DNA of 64,000 nucleotides, taken from positions 2,784,001-2,848,000 of the forward strand of contig OY969801.1 in the NCBI GenBank assembly GCA_963703225.1, in the 5' to 3' direction. Of the stretch, positions 31,237 through 41,347 are shown one piece after another; position 1 is the first letter of the stretch, and each line of letters starts with the position of its first letter. The notes under the pieces were generated by a model, which was not told the origin of the DNA, made no database searches, and saw only the letters and a list, made by a program, of their open reading frames with translations. Both the position numbers and the translations under genes were made by a program. This DNA is from Candidatus Eiseniibacteriota bacterium. GTDB lineage: Bacteria; Eisenbacteria; RBG-16-71-46; SZUA-252.

Positions 31237-33414
31237 ATGGCCCGTCACCGCCGGATGGCCGTGTGCCTTGTGCTCACGGCATTTTTGTCACCCCCCGTAC
31301 CCGCCGCGGCCCACGAGCAGCACCATACTCACAATTACCTCGCCCGCGCCTCGGTGTGGCTTCTCGACAATCCTCTCATCGATGCGCATGCCGAGTCGCT
31401 CATCGCCCAGGGGACGATTGACGAGGACCAGTGTCCGAACTATTACAGCCACTTTGTCAACGCGCGCACGGGAGAGCTGATGCGCAACGCCGTCGTGCCT
31501 CCACCGTCTGACTCGAACTGCCCCGATGACGTGGATCCACGCGACAACCAGACCACAGCGCCAGTAAGGGCTGGAAACCTGTGGGCTCAAGCGGTTGGCC
31601 TTTATCGCGCCGGGGACCGTGACGCCGCCTTTAAGACCCTCGGCCAGGCGCTCCACCTGCTCCAGGACATGACGTCGCCCGCTCACGTCCACAACGCCCC
31701 CCACGGAATCCCACTCCGTTCGAATTGCTTCCAGGACTCCGACGATTTCGAAACATGGGGCTGGTGTGATGACAACGCCACCCGCCACATCCTCGACTAC
31801 TGGGACGCCGCGAGCGGGCTTCCCACTGACCGCTTCGCGCGAAGTCTCGAAATCCTTTTCCAGCGTACCCCGCAATTCGCCTGTTCCGGGACGGATCCCC
31901 AGGCGTGCCCGCGGAACGCCGAGCCCAACATGGGATTCGCCTATGTGCGACGCGTGGCGGAGATCGTCTACGACTTCACGACCTTCCCTGCCATCCTGGT
32001 CGACTTCGAGTTCAGTACTGATCCGCAGCCGGACAGCGAGCTGAAGCGAATGTTTCCATCGCTCCGCGACGCTTCAGGCGGATGGGCCATCGACGACGAG
32101 ACGGGCCAGCAGAACATCGGGTTCACCGATGGGAACTGCGGGAAGACCGAGTTGACTTGGCCCGCCACACGCGAGGAGTGGTGGCCGATGGAGAACCCCG
32201 GAGGCGGTGAGGACGGCCCGGACTGCTTCATCCAAGACGACATACTCGGGAATAACAATCGGACGTCAGGCGGCGTGTTCATCGAGAATACCGGCGGCGG
32301 CGGAGCTAACGCTGATCTCAGCGTGCCAGACAACCTTATTCCCCACGTCTACCAACGAAGCGCCGGCGGCAGGGAGTTCTACCGTGACCTGTACCAGACC
32401 GACGACAACCTATCCCAGGAGTCGGGTTTTCCCGATCCGCCCGGGAAACCGAAGTCCATGCTCCGGATCTACGGCGACATCCTGTACCCCATCGCCGCGG
32501 TCTACGGAGCGGGCTTCATCCAGGCATTCCTGGACGAAGTGAATCCCCGGTTAGAGGCATCGGCCACTCTCATAGGGAAGGTCAACCCGCACAAGAAGAA
32601 GGTCTGCTTCAGGGTAGAGCCCGTCGATAGCTCGTTCAGCCTGCTCGATGTTTCGCTGTCCAGTATCACGCTCGCGTTCCACGGGGACTTGATCTCCGCG
32701 GTTCCGCCGACGCAGCTGGTGTATGAGTGCCTCGGGTCCGGCGACGGCGATGACGACGATGATGACGGGGATAACCCGCAGCCCGGCCATCACGGCAATG
32801 GCAACGCCAATGGCCATGGCAAGGGCGACGGAAAGGGCCACGGCGATCGTGACGGAGATCGGCACGGCGATCGGGATCGCCGCCACCCCGCACACTCCGA
32901 CAGCCGCGGGTGCGAACCGGACAGCTGCGTGCCTGCGTTCATCCAGGCGTGCTTCTCCACCCACGACATTCAGGCCTTGTTCGGTAGGATGTGCTCTGTT
33001 CCGGATAGCCTCAACGGCGCCACGATCCAGGGTGAGCTGACCAGCGGAAGAGTCTTCGTCGCCACGATCGGGGGGAAGCAGCCGGACGATGGAGACGATG
33101 AGGAGGACGGAGACAAGGATCAAACCAGCGACTGGAAGGGCAAACTGGCGGTTCGGATTCACCCGAATCCCATGAATCCCAAGACCGAAATCTCCTTCAC
33201 GATCGGTCAGTCAAGCCAGGTACGCGTCGCGGTCTACGATCTGGCCGGAAGACTCGTGAAGACGATTCATGAGGGTGACCTCCCGGCCGGCGCGAACACG
33301 CTCTCATGGAATGGAACAACCGGCAAGGGCACCCGGGCAAGCTCCGGTATCTATTTCGTGAGCGTGGAGGCGGCCAACCTCAAGGAAGTGAAGCGCGTAG
33401 CCGTCGTCAAGTAG
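31237..33414 (+). CDS. Secreted Zn-dependent phospholipase C/S1-P1-like protein with FlgD-Ig tail
   Basis: Signal peptide, N-terminal His cluster, HF, LGQALHLLQDMTSPAH, FE motifs; C-terminal PNPMNP...SSGIYF. Confidence 0.7.
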   Translation: MARHRRMAVCLVLTAFLSPPVPAAAHEQHHTHNYLARASVWLLDNPLIDAHAESLIAQGTIDEDQCPNYYSHFVNARTGELMRNAVVPPPSDSNCPDDVDPRDNQTTAPVRAGNLWAQAVGLYRAGDRDAAFKTLGQALHLLQDMTSPAHVHNAPHGIPLRSNCFQDSDDFETWGWCDDNATRHILDYWDAASGLPTDRFARSLEILFQRTPQFACSGTDPQACPRNAEPNMGFAYVRRVAEIVYDFTTFPAILVDFEFSTDPQPDSELKRMFPSLRDASGGWAIDDETGQQNIGFTDGNCGKTELTWPATREEWWPMENPGGGEDGPDCFIQDDILGNNNRTSGGVFIENTGGGGANADLSVPDNLIPHVYQRSAGGREFYRDLYQTDDNLSQESGFPDPPGKPKSMLRIYGDILYPIAAVYGAGFIQAFLDEVNPRLEASATLIGKVNPHKKKVCFRVEPVDSSFSLLDVSLSSITLAFHGDLISAVPPTQLVYECLGSGDGDDDDDDGDNPQPGHHGNGNANGHGKGDGKGHGDRDGDRHGDRDRRHPAHSDSRGCEPDSCVPAFIQACFSTHDIQALFGRMCSVPDSLNGATIQGELTSGRVFVATIGGKQPDDGDDEEDGDKDQTSDWKGKLAVRIHPNPMNPKTEISFTIGQSSQVRVAVYDLAGRLVKTIHEGDLPAGANTLSWNGTTGKGTRASSGIYFVSVEAANLKEVKRVAVVK

Positions 33415-33433
33415 CTTCTGCGTGGGATTACGG

Positions 33434-33463
33434 CGGGCGGCGGTCTAGGACGACCGCCGCCCG
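33434..33463. terminator. Hairpin between convergent genes
   Basis: CGGGCGGCGGTC-6nt-GACCGCCGCCCG, perfect 12-bp stem, no U-tract. Confidence 0.45.
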
Positions 33464-33478
33464 TGTTGCGCGGGTACT

Positions 33479-33911
33479 TCACCTGGCCACAATGACCTTC
33501 CGCACCTGCACCTGCCCCGCGGACTCCAGCTTGGCAAAGTAGGTGCCTGACGCGACGGGCCGGCCCAAAGCATCCCTTCCGTCCCAACCCGCCATGCGCC
33601 AGCCCGACGGCATCGTCTGATCGAATAGGATAACCACCTTTCGACCCGCCACGGTGTAGATGGCTAGCTTCGCCGGGCCGCCCTTGGGAACTGCAAAGTT
33701 CAAATTCGTCCGCGCTCCGAAGGGATTCGGGTAAACGGGATCGAGCCGCAACGCCAGCGGCGCGCCTGCCTCCGTGGGCACGTTCACCCAGACCTCACCG
33801 GAGTACCCCTGGTCTCCCACTGTCTGGACCAGGAGCCGATAGGCGTACCGCTCGCCCGGGACCGCGGTGCGATCCTCATAGGCGATCCGGGTGCCCGACT
33901 CTACAGACGCA
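33479..33911 (-). pseudogene. Orphan FlgD-Ig C-terminal module (5'-truncated)
   Basis: Near-identical to the 3' end of 13740..16511; homology stops at ~33911. Confidence 0.8.
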
Positions 33912-33999
33912 CGCGTGGCCGACCAAGCCACCCAGCTCTTCGCCCGTTCCGCAATCTCCACCATTCCCCTTGATGGCGAATGCTCCAACTCGCCCCAAT

Positions 34000-34276
34000 C
34001 CTCAAGGCCTTTCGGCCCAGCGGCTTGCCCTTCGCGGCTAGCCGGCGGCGCTGATCATCCGTGAAGCGCAGGCGCTTCCCGCCCGACTCGAGCTGCTCCT
34101 TGAGGACTCGGTTCTCTTCGATCAGATAGGCGATCACGCTGGCTTGCTGGCGATTGGCCCAGGCGGCGAAGGTTGCCAGGAGCAGCTGGAACTGGATCGT
34201 GTCGATCATCGGGGGAGGGTATCAGACGGGTGGCAACCCGTGACGCCCCAGCAGATTTGACTTTTCGGATACTACG
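34000..34276 (-). mobile_element. Truncated IS (integrase-core transposase 5' part plus one terminal IR)
   Basis: [19 protein letters not shown]...[15 protein letters not shown]; end GACTTTTCGGATACTACG (34259-34276) matches 38399-38416. Confidence 0.75.
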
Positions 34277-35452
34277 CTACCTCACAAGTCGCCACGTGAC
34301 CTGCGCCGTGGCGCCCGACTCGCTCACGAACCGCACGAAATAGGCGCCCGGGTTCAGCCCCGGCGGATCCCACCGGATCGCCGCAGGCCCCGCGGCCATC
34401 GACTCGAATGAACGCACCGCCCGCAGGCGCCCCTGCACGTCGTACAGCTCCAGCCTCACGTTGTCCGCCTTGGACAGCACGAATGGGAATGTCGCGCCGC
34501 CCGCTCCCACACGCGGATTCGGATATGGACGCGACACCTGGAACCTGGGCGGTGATGGATCGCTCGCGACTCCCGTCACCTGTGGCGTGTCGGTCCCCAG
34601 CGCCATCACGTGGAGCTGGTTGATCGCGCCCACCCAGCTCCACGAGGCACCGTTTGACGAAGTGGCCACTTCCCCTTCCTTCGTCGCCGCGACGAGCTGT
34701 CCGCCATGGTCCACCAGCGCGCTCATGCTCCCCTGGGATAGCGCACCCACAGCGATCCAGCTCACGCCGTAGTTCAAGCTCCGGTACACCTCGCCCGTCT
34801 TCGCCAGCACGTAAAGCTCCGGCCCAAGGCGCCGGATCGAGACAGCGTTCGACGTCGTGATGGCGCCCACGGTCGCCCAGGTGGCGCCCTGGTCCCGGCT
34901 CTCCGCGACCTGTCCCGTCTCGGTCAGCGCGTAGAGCCTCCCGAGCGGGCCGCGGGCCAGGCTCACCCAATCGGAGCCGGTGAGCGACGCGATGGCCGAG
35001 AAATTCACGCCCTGGTTGCTGGAAGAATAGAGGGTCCCGGTTCGGGTCAGCACCAGCACGTCGCCGTAGGGGCCCAGCACGAAGCCGGCGGCATCGGAGG
35101 CCGTGACGGTTCCGACGGCGGTCCAGTTGGCACCCCCGTTCGTGGTCCGGTAGATCGTCCCGGAGCGAGAGGCGAGATAGAGTTCCGAGGTGGCCGCACC
35201 CGCCGCGAGACCCACGGCGTCGTGCACAGGGATGGCTCCTATCGCCGACCAGGTCATGCCATTGTTCGTCGACCGATAGAGCTCCCCCGTGTCCAGGAGG
35301 CCGAAGAGATTAGCGGCAAGGGCTTGCGCGGGGACGAGAGTGATGGGCATCGCGAGGGTCACCGCAACCGCGAGGGTCACCGCAACCGCGAGAGCCCTCG
35401 CTCCCGTCGCGACGCGCATATTGGCTCGAGTACCGCGGGCGCTCCGTTTCAC
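34277..35452 (-). CDS. Secreted BNR/beta-propeller repeat protein with T9SS-like C-terminal domain
   Basis: Repeated YRSxxxGxxW (Asp-box-like); YPNP...LYDVQGR...PGAYF; 18-bp tandem repeat in the signal peptide. Confidence 0.8.
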   Translation of the reverse strand: MKRSARGTRANMRVATGARALAVAVTLAVAVTLAMPITLVPAQALAANLFGLLDTGELYRSTNNGMTWSAIGAIPVHDAVGLAAGAATSELYLASRSGTIYRTTNGGANWTAVGTVTASDAAGFVLGPYGDVLVLTRTGTLYSSSNQGVNFSAIASLTGSDWVSLARGPLGRLYALTETGQVAESRDQGATWATVGAITTSNAVSIRRLGPELYVLAKTGEVYRSLNYGVSWIAVGALSQGSMSALVDHGGQLVAATKEGEVATSSNGASWSWVGAINQLHVMALGTDTPQVTGVASDPSPPRFQVSRPYPNPRVGAGGATFPFVLSKADNVRLELYDVQGRLRAVRSFESMAAGPAAIRWDPPGLNPGAYFVRFVSESGATAQVTWRLVR

Positions 35453-37680
35453 CGCGCCACGGCCAGTTTGAGTGTCCGCTCCTCCCCGGCGCTCTTCGCC
35501 TTCAGGAAGTAGATCCCGCTCGACACTCGCCGCCCTTGTTCATCCCGCCCGTCCCAGCTCACCACCTGATAGCCCGCTCCATAGCTCCCTCGGGCAATCC
35601 GCCTCACCAAGCGCCCCGAGACGTCGAATACCGACACCTCCGCCGATCCCAAGCCTCCCCCCAACCCCCCAAATGTCGCGAACGATATCGTTAGGGGCCC
35701 ACCCCGATACGGTAGCGGCCACGCACCGAGAGGCGCCAGGGGGCGAAGGCTCGCCTCTCCCAGCCACAGTTCCTCCCCAAACCCGTTCACCGCGAAGAGC
35801 CGGTACTGGGTGCCCGGACCTCCTTGAGGATCGGTGACGGAAGTCTCCCTGGTCAGCGCGACGAGGGTCCGCCAGCCGGCGGTGCCCGCCGCCGAGCGCT
35901 CCACCCGATAGCCCGAAAGACCGTCGGGCCCAGGATCCGTCGACCACGTGATCGATGCGCCACCCCCAGGCACCGGTGCCGCCAGCAGCGACAAGAGCGC
36001 CACGGACGTCTGGATCGTGAACAGAGAGTCACTCTTGTCGCTCCCGCCGATTGCGGGATCCGACGGCGTCACCCGGAACATCGCGAACCGACTCGGCGTG
36101 TGCGGCACTCGGATCGACACCGCGTTCGACGGCGAGCCGCCCACGCCGCTCTCCAGGAGGGAGAAGGAGTTCCCACCGTCGGCCGAGAGCCACACATCCG
36201 CCCGCTCCGCCCCGACCCACGACACGGTTTTCATCGCCCCCACGTTCCATGTCTCACCGCCGTTGGGAGAGAGGAGGAAGTAACGATTGCTGTTGTAGAG
36301 GTAGGCCCTACCCGCGGTCACCCCCCCGGCGTCGTTCCCGGGCGCTCCTACAATCAGATCATCGATGCCGTCACCGGTCACATCTCCCGCCGAAGCCACC
36401 CAATAACCGAAGATGTCCCCGGCGGCTTCGCCTGTGAGCATCAGGTCCGGCACCACGTCAGCGCCTGGACCCCCATAGAACACATACGCTCGACCTGCGT
36501 CCACGCCCGCCAAGTCGTTGTAGATTGCCCCCACAATCATGTCCGCGAACCCATCCCCGTTCACATCCCCTGCCGATGCCACCGAAAAGCCGAAGTGGTC
36601 GTTCGCGGCGGCGCCGATCATGGTTCGATCTGCCGATGCATCCGCGTTGGGGCCGCCGTAGTATACAAACGCAGCCCCCGCATCCACGCCACCGGCATCG
36701 CTCTGATGGGCTCCAACAATCACGTCGGGGTAGCCATCCCCATTCACATCGCCGGCCGATGCCACTGACAGACCAAAGTCGCCGCTCACCTCTCCACCGG
36801 TCAGTAGGAGGTCTGCCGTCCCGTCTGGTATTCGCCCCCCGTAGTAGACGTAGGCCCGGCCGGCATCTCCACCACCGGCATCGTTCGTGGGCGCACCCAC
36901 GATAATGTCGCCGTAACCGTCCCCGTTCACGTCCCCGGCCGAGGCCACTGAGAACCCGAACTGGTCGCCTGCCGCCGCGCCCGTCAGCGTCAAGTCGGCC
37001 ACTGCGTCCGCGCCAGGCCCCCCGAAGTACACATACGCTCGACCTGCGTCCACGCCCCCGGCGTCGTTCGACCGTGCTCCCACGACAACATCTGCAAACC
37101 CGTCTCCGTTCACGTCCCCCGCCGAGGACACCGACCTGTCGTCGCCGAAGAGGTCCCCCGTCGCGGCGCCGGTGAGGGTCAGATCCGCCACAGCGTCTGG
37201 GCTGAGCCCACCGTAATACACGTATGCCCGGCCGGCATCCCCACCTCCGGCATCGTTCCTGCCCGCCCCAACGATCAGATCCTCAAACCCATCCCCATTC
37301 ACGTCTCCCGCAGAGGAGACGACTCGACCAAAATTGTCGCCACCCGGGGGTTCTCCGATCAGCGTCAGGTCCGCCACAGCGTCCGCACCTGGACCGCCGT
37401 AGTACACGTGCGCCCGACCGGCAGACCCGGACCCCACAATCAAGTCCCTGAACCCATCGCCGTTCAAGTCTCCCGCCGACACCGAAAAGCCAAACTCGCC
37501 GTTCGCTATTGCACCGGTAGTCGTGATCTGCAGCCTGCTCGCGGCAGCCGGGGGTGCCGCGACGGCAGGTCGCACCCCCATCGCAACCACCAGCGTTGCA
37601 ACGGCCGCGAGCATGATGGAACTCCTGAGCTTGGGACGTCTCGAGGACAAGGCACCGTTCGGAGCATTCGATGTCGGCAT
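35449..37680 (-). CDS. Secreted integrin-alpha-like FG-GAP protein with FlgD-Ig tail
   Basis: 7 x FG-SV..AGDVNGDG..D.IVGA...AGRAYVYYG; WDGRD...SSGIYF. Confidence 0.9.
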   Translation of the reverse strand: MPTSNAPNGALSSRRPKLRSSIMLAAVATLVVAMGVRPAVAAPPAAASRLQITTTGAIANGEFGFSVSAGDLNGDGFRDLIVGSGSAGRAHVYYGGPGADAVADLTLIGEPPGGDNFGRVVSSAGDVNGDGFEDLIVGAGRNDAGGGDAGRAYVYYGGLSPDAVADLTLTGAATGDLFGDDRSVSSAGDVNGDGFADVVVGARSNDAGGVDAGRAYVYFGGPGADAVADLTLTGAAAGDQFGFSVASAGDVNGDGYGDIIVGAPTNDAGGGDAGRAYVYYGGRIPDGTADLLLTGGEVSGDFGLSVASAGDVNGDGYPDVIVGAHQSDAGGVDAGAAFVYYGGPNADASADRTMIGAAANDHFGFSVASAGDVNGDGFADMIVGAIYNDLAGVDAGRAYVFYGGPGADVVPDLMLTGEAAGDIFGYWVASAGDVTGDGIDDLIVGAPGNDAGGVTAGRAYLYNSNRYFLLSPNGGETWNVGAMKTVSWVGAERADVWLSADGGNSFSLLESGVGGSPSNAVSIRVPHTPSRFAMFRVTPSDPAIGGSDKSDSLFTIQTSVALLSLLAAPVPGGGASITWSTDPGPDGLSGYRVERSAAGTAGWRTLVALTRETSVTDPQGGPGTQYRLFAVNGFGEELWLGEASLRPLAPLGAWPLPYRGGPLTISFATFGGLGGGLGSAEVSVFDVSGRLVRRIARGSYGAGYQVVSWDGRDEQGRRVSSGIYFLKAKSAGEERTLKLAVAR

Positions 37681-37805
37681 GACTACCTCCGGGTGTCTGG
37701 ACGTTTCGTCGTCTCTCGGGGAGGCTTGGAGCGTACTCCTCGGTATTTCCAGTCACAATTATCCCTTGGTATATCGACTCGCCCGGCGCGGGCGCGCGCA
37801 GATCC

Positions 37806-38416
37806 CGTAGTATCCGAAAAGTCGGTCCGGGGCACCTGGCTCACGCCGCCTTCCGGTGATAGTACATGAGGAGTCCCCCGAGCCGCTCGCTCGCCCCGAT
37901 CCTGCCCTCGCACTGCACCGGTGTCCCGCTCGGAATCTCGTTCCCCAGCCCCAGATGGCTCCGCTCGTGATGATAGTGGCCGACGTACTCGGCGATGGCC
38001 TTCTCTAACGAAGCTCGGCCCACGAAGATCATCTGATCTAGGCACTCTGACCGGATCGATCGCACGAAGCGCTCGGCGTCAACTTGGCCGCGATGAGCCT
38101 GCGGTGCCACACGAGGATTGTCTCGGGCGTCACGATCGTCGCGATCTGCCGCAACGCCTTGAGGCCTAATGGCCTGCCCTTTGCGGCCAGCCGGCGGCGC
38201 TGGTCATCCGTGAAGCGGAGCAGCTTCCCGCCCGACTTGAGCTGCTCCTTGAGGACGAGGTTCTCTTCGACTAGGTAGGCGATCACGGTTCCTTGGCGAC
38301 GATTGGCCCAGGCCGAAAAGGTCGCCAGGAGTAGCTGGAGTTCGATCATCCGGGGAGCGTATCAGATGGGTGGCAACTCGTAGCGGTACAGCGGAATCGA
38401 CTTTTCGGATACTACG
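37806..38416 (-). mobile_element. Internally deleted IS derivative (MITE-like, 611 bp) with perfect 19-bp terminal IRs
   Basis: CGTAGTATCCGAAAAGTCG (37806-37824) and CGACTTTTCGGATACTACG (38398-38416); transposase N-terminus joined directly to the C-terminal AERFVRSIRSECLD...RLGGLL segment; no TSD seen. Confidence 0.85.
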
Positions 38417-38575
38417 CGGTTGCCGAACGGATCGCAAACCCGTTACCCTCCCCCATGGCCAACCTCCGGAATGGGTGTGGTGGACAACTGACCATTGCCA
38501 CCACAAAATAGCCCACCCGCCGACTGGCCTTCTCATCCCATGTGCGAACCTATCATGCACCGCGAACAGGGAGCC

Positions 38576-41347
38576 TCACCTGGCCACGATAACCTTTCGC
38601 ACCTGTGCCTGCCCCGCGGATTCCAGCTTGGCGAAGTAGGTGCCAGACGCGACCGGCCGGCCCGATGCATCTCTTCCGTCCCACGCAACCAAGTGCCAGC
38701 CCGACGGCAGCGCCTGATCGAATATCGTAACCACCTTTCGACCCGCCACGGTGTAGATGGCCAGCCTGACCGGGCCCCCCCTGGGAACCGCAAAGTTCAG
38801 ACTCGTCCGCGCCCCGAAGGGATTCGGGTAGATGGGATCGAGTCGCAACGCGAGCGGCGCGCCCGTCGCAGTCGGCACACTCACCCATTCCTCGTTCGAA
38901 TAGCCTTGATCGCTCGAAGACTGCACGAAGAGCCGGTACGCGTAGCGCTCCCCCGGCGTCACCGCACGGTCTTCGTAGCGGACCGAACTGGCGCTCTCGG
39001 CGTCTGCGAGCCCTAGATCTGCCCAGTCGCAGGCCGCGGTACGTCGCTGCACTGTGCAGATCATGGTCCTCGCGTGTGGGACGATCCAGCGAAGACGAAC
39101 AATCCCAACCTCCGCCTGCGCGTCCTGAAGGGCCACGGAGATTGCGGTCGGGATGCCTGGGCCAAGGTTCACCAGCACCGATACGGTGCTGGAGTTTTGG
39201 TTCGCCGTCACGAGATCCAGCTTCCCGTCTCCATTTACGTCCCCGATCGCGACGGAGCGGGGACCACTGACCGCGCCGTAGTCCATCCTCGCCCCAAAGG
39301 TCCCGTCACCGTTGCCCAAGAGAACGGACACGGTGTTGGAGCCGGCATTGGCCGTGGCAATGTCCGGCCTTCCATCACCGCTCAAATCTCCGATCGCGAC
39401 GGACTGGGGAAGACGCCCCGTGCCGTACTCCACCTTTGCCCCGAAGCTCCCGTCCCCATTGCCAAGGAGAACTGCCACGGTATTGGAGTTCCCATTAATA
39501 TTCGCCACCGCGAGATCCGGCTTCCCGTCCCCGCTCACATCCCCGATCGCGACGGAACGGGGACCCCCACCTGCACCGTAGCCCACCTTTGCCCGGAAGG
39601 TCCCGTCCCCGTTGCCCAACAGCACGGACACCGTGTAGGACCCAAAGTCCGCCACCGCGAGATCCGGCTTCCCATCGCCACTCAAATCTCCGATCGCGAC
39701 GGAGAAGGGAAAGCTACCCGTGCCGTAGTCCGCCTTCGCCCCCAGGGTCCCGTCCCCATTGCCCAGGAAGACAGAAACGGTGTGGACGTCATCATTCGCC
39801 GTCGCGAGATCCGGAAACCCATCTCCGCTTACATCGCCAAGCGCGACGGAAATGGGACCGCTCCCGGTCCCGTAGTCCACCTTCGCTCCGAAGCCCCCGC
39901 CCCCAGTGCCCAAGAGCACGGAAACTGTGCTGGCGCTGACGTTCGCCGCTGCGAGGTCCCCCCTCCCATCGCCGTTCAGATCTCCGATCGCCACGGAGTA
40001 TGGACTGAGCCCCGTCGCGAAGTCCGTCTTCGCCACAAAGGTTCCATCCCCATTGCCCCGAAGAACGGATACGGTGTTGTCGAGGACATTCGCCGCCACG
40101 AGATCCAGCTTCCCATCCCCGTTCAGCTCTCCAATCGCGACGGAGTAGGGAGTGAGTCCCGTACCGTAGTCCAACTTCGTCCCCAGGGTTCCGTCACCAT
40201 TGCCCAAGAGAACGGAGACATTGTTGATGCTTTCGTTCGCCGTCGCTAGGTCCTCCCTCCCATCCCCGTTCAGATCTCCGATTGCGACCGAATAGGGGCC
40301 ACCGCCTGTCCCATAATCCACCTTCGCCGCAAAGGTCCCATCCCCATTCCCTAAGAGAACGGACACGCTACCCGAGCCACTGTTCGCCACCGCGAGATCC
40401 GGCTTCCCATCCGCGTTCAAATCTCCGATTGCAACGGAATTGGGGCCGCCCCCTGTCCCATAGTCCACCTTCGCCCCGAAGGTCCCATCCCCATTACCCA
40501 GGAGAGCGGACACGGTGCCGTCGCCGCCATTCACCACCGCGAGATCCGGCTTCCCGTCCACGTTCACATCTCCAATGGCAACGGAGTTGGGATTGTCGCC
40601 CGCCCCATAATCCACCTTCGCCGCAAAGGTTCCGTCGCCATTGCCTAGGAGAACGGACACTGCGCCCAAGCCGCCGTTTGCCACTGCGAGATCCGGCTTC
40701 CCGTCCCCGCTCACATCCCAGATCGCTACGGCCCGGGGAGTGCCCCCTGTCCAGTAGTCGACACTTGTGCCAAAGCTTCCGTCGCCATTGCCCAAGAGTA
40801 CGGAAACGGCCGACGAACCGCCATTCGCCACCACAAGATCCGCTTTGCCATCCCCACTTACATCGCTGATCGAGACGGAGAGCGGACTGTCCACCGATCC
40901 GTCCACCTCCGCCACGAAGGTCCCATCCCCATTGCCCAATAGAACGGACAAGGTGCCGGAGAGGTAACTCGCCACCGCGAGATCCGGCTTTCCGTCCCCG
41001 CTCACATCCCCGATCGCGACAGATGAACTGCCCCCCACCCCGCATTCCACCTTCTCCCCAAATGTCCCATCCCCATTGCCAAGGAGAATGGACACGGTGC
41101 GGGCTCCCTCGGTCGCCACTGCGAGATCTGGCCTCCCGTCTCCGTTCAAATCTCCGATCGCGACGGAAAATGGCGCGGTGCCCGTATCGAATGATAGAAA
41201 GGCCGCCGCGAACATGGGGCCACCCCATGAACGTCCCGCAGAGGCGGCAGATAGGGCTATCCAGACGACGAGCAGGAAGTCAAATCGCAGCGTGATGTGG
41301 TGGCGATTCCTGGAACGGCAAGTCACGGAAACTGGAGAACCGCTCAT
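38576..41347 (-). CDS. Secreted FG-GAP/VCBS repeat protein (14 repeats) with FlgD-Ig module; paralogue of 13740..16511
   Basis: Same MSGSPVS start, same 2772-bp length, 14 repeats. Confidence 0.9.
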   Translation of the reverse strand: MSGSPVSVTCRSRNRHHITLRFDFLLVVWIALSAASAGRSWGGPMFAAAFLSFDTGTAPFSVAIGDLNGDGRPDLAVATEGARTVSILLGNGDGTFGEKVECGVGGSSSVAIGDVSGDGKPDLAVASYLSGTLSVLLGNGDGTFVAEVDGSVDSPLSVSISDVSGDGKADLVVANGGSSAVSVLLGNGDGSFGTSVDYWTGGTPRAVAIWDVSGDGKPDLAVANGGLGAVSVLLGNGDGTFAAKVDYGAGDNPNSVAIGDVNVDGKPDLAVVNGGDGTVSALLGNGDGTFGAKVDYGTGGGPNSVAIGDLNADGKPDLAVANSGSGSVSVLLGNGDGTFAAKVDYGTGGGPYSVAIGDLNGDGREDLATANESINNVSVLLGNGDGTLGTKLDYGTGLTPYSVAIGELNGDGKLDLVAANVLDNTVSVLRGNGDGTFVAKTDFATGLSPYSVAIGDLNGDGRGDLAAANVSASTVSVLLGTGGGGFGAKVDYGTGSGPISVALGDVSGDGFPDLATANDDVHTVSVFLGNGDGTLGAKADYGTGSFPFSVAIGDLSGDGKPDLAVADFGSYTVSVLLGNGDGTFRAKVGYGAGGGPRSVAIGDVSGDGKPDLAVANINGNSNTVAVLLGNGDGSFGAKVEYGTGRLPQSVAIGDLSGDGRPDIATANAGSNTVSVLLGNGDGTFGARMDYGAVSGPRSVAIGDVNGDGKLDLVTANQNSSTVSVLVNLGPGIPTAISVALQDAQAEVGIVRLRWIVPHARTMICTVQRRTAACDWADLGLADAESASSVRYEDRAVTPGERYAYRLFVQSSSDQGYSNEEWVSVPTATGAPLALRLDPIYPNPFGARTSLNFAVPRGGPVRLAIYTVAGRKVVTIFDQALPSGWHLVAWDGRDASGRPVASGTYFAKLESAGQAQVRKVIVAR

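Noticed and set aside
38417..38570. Riboswitch-like hairpin region (GTGGTGGACAA...TTGCCACCAC)
   Set aside because: One imperfect hairpin only, with no convincing match to c-di-GMP or other aptamer consensus.
13740..41347. Diversity-generating retroelement acting on the repeated C-terminal modules or recombinase tips
   Set aside because: No reverse transcriptase in the window, and differences are mostly third-position rather than adenine-specific.
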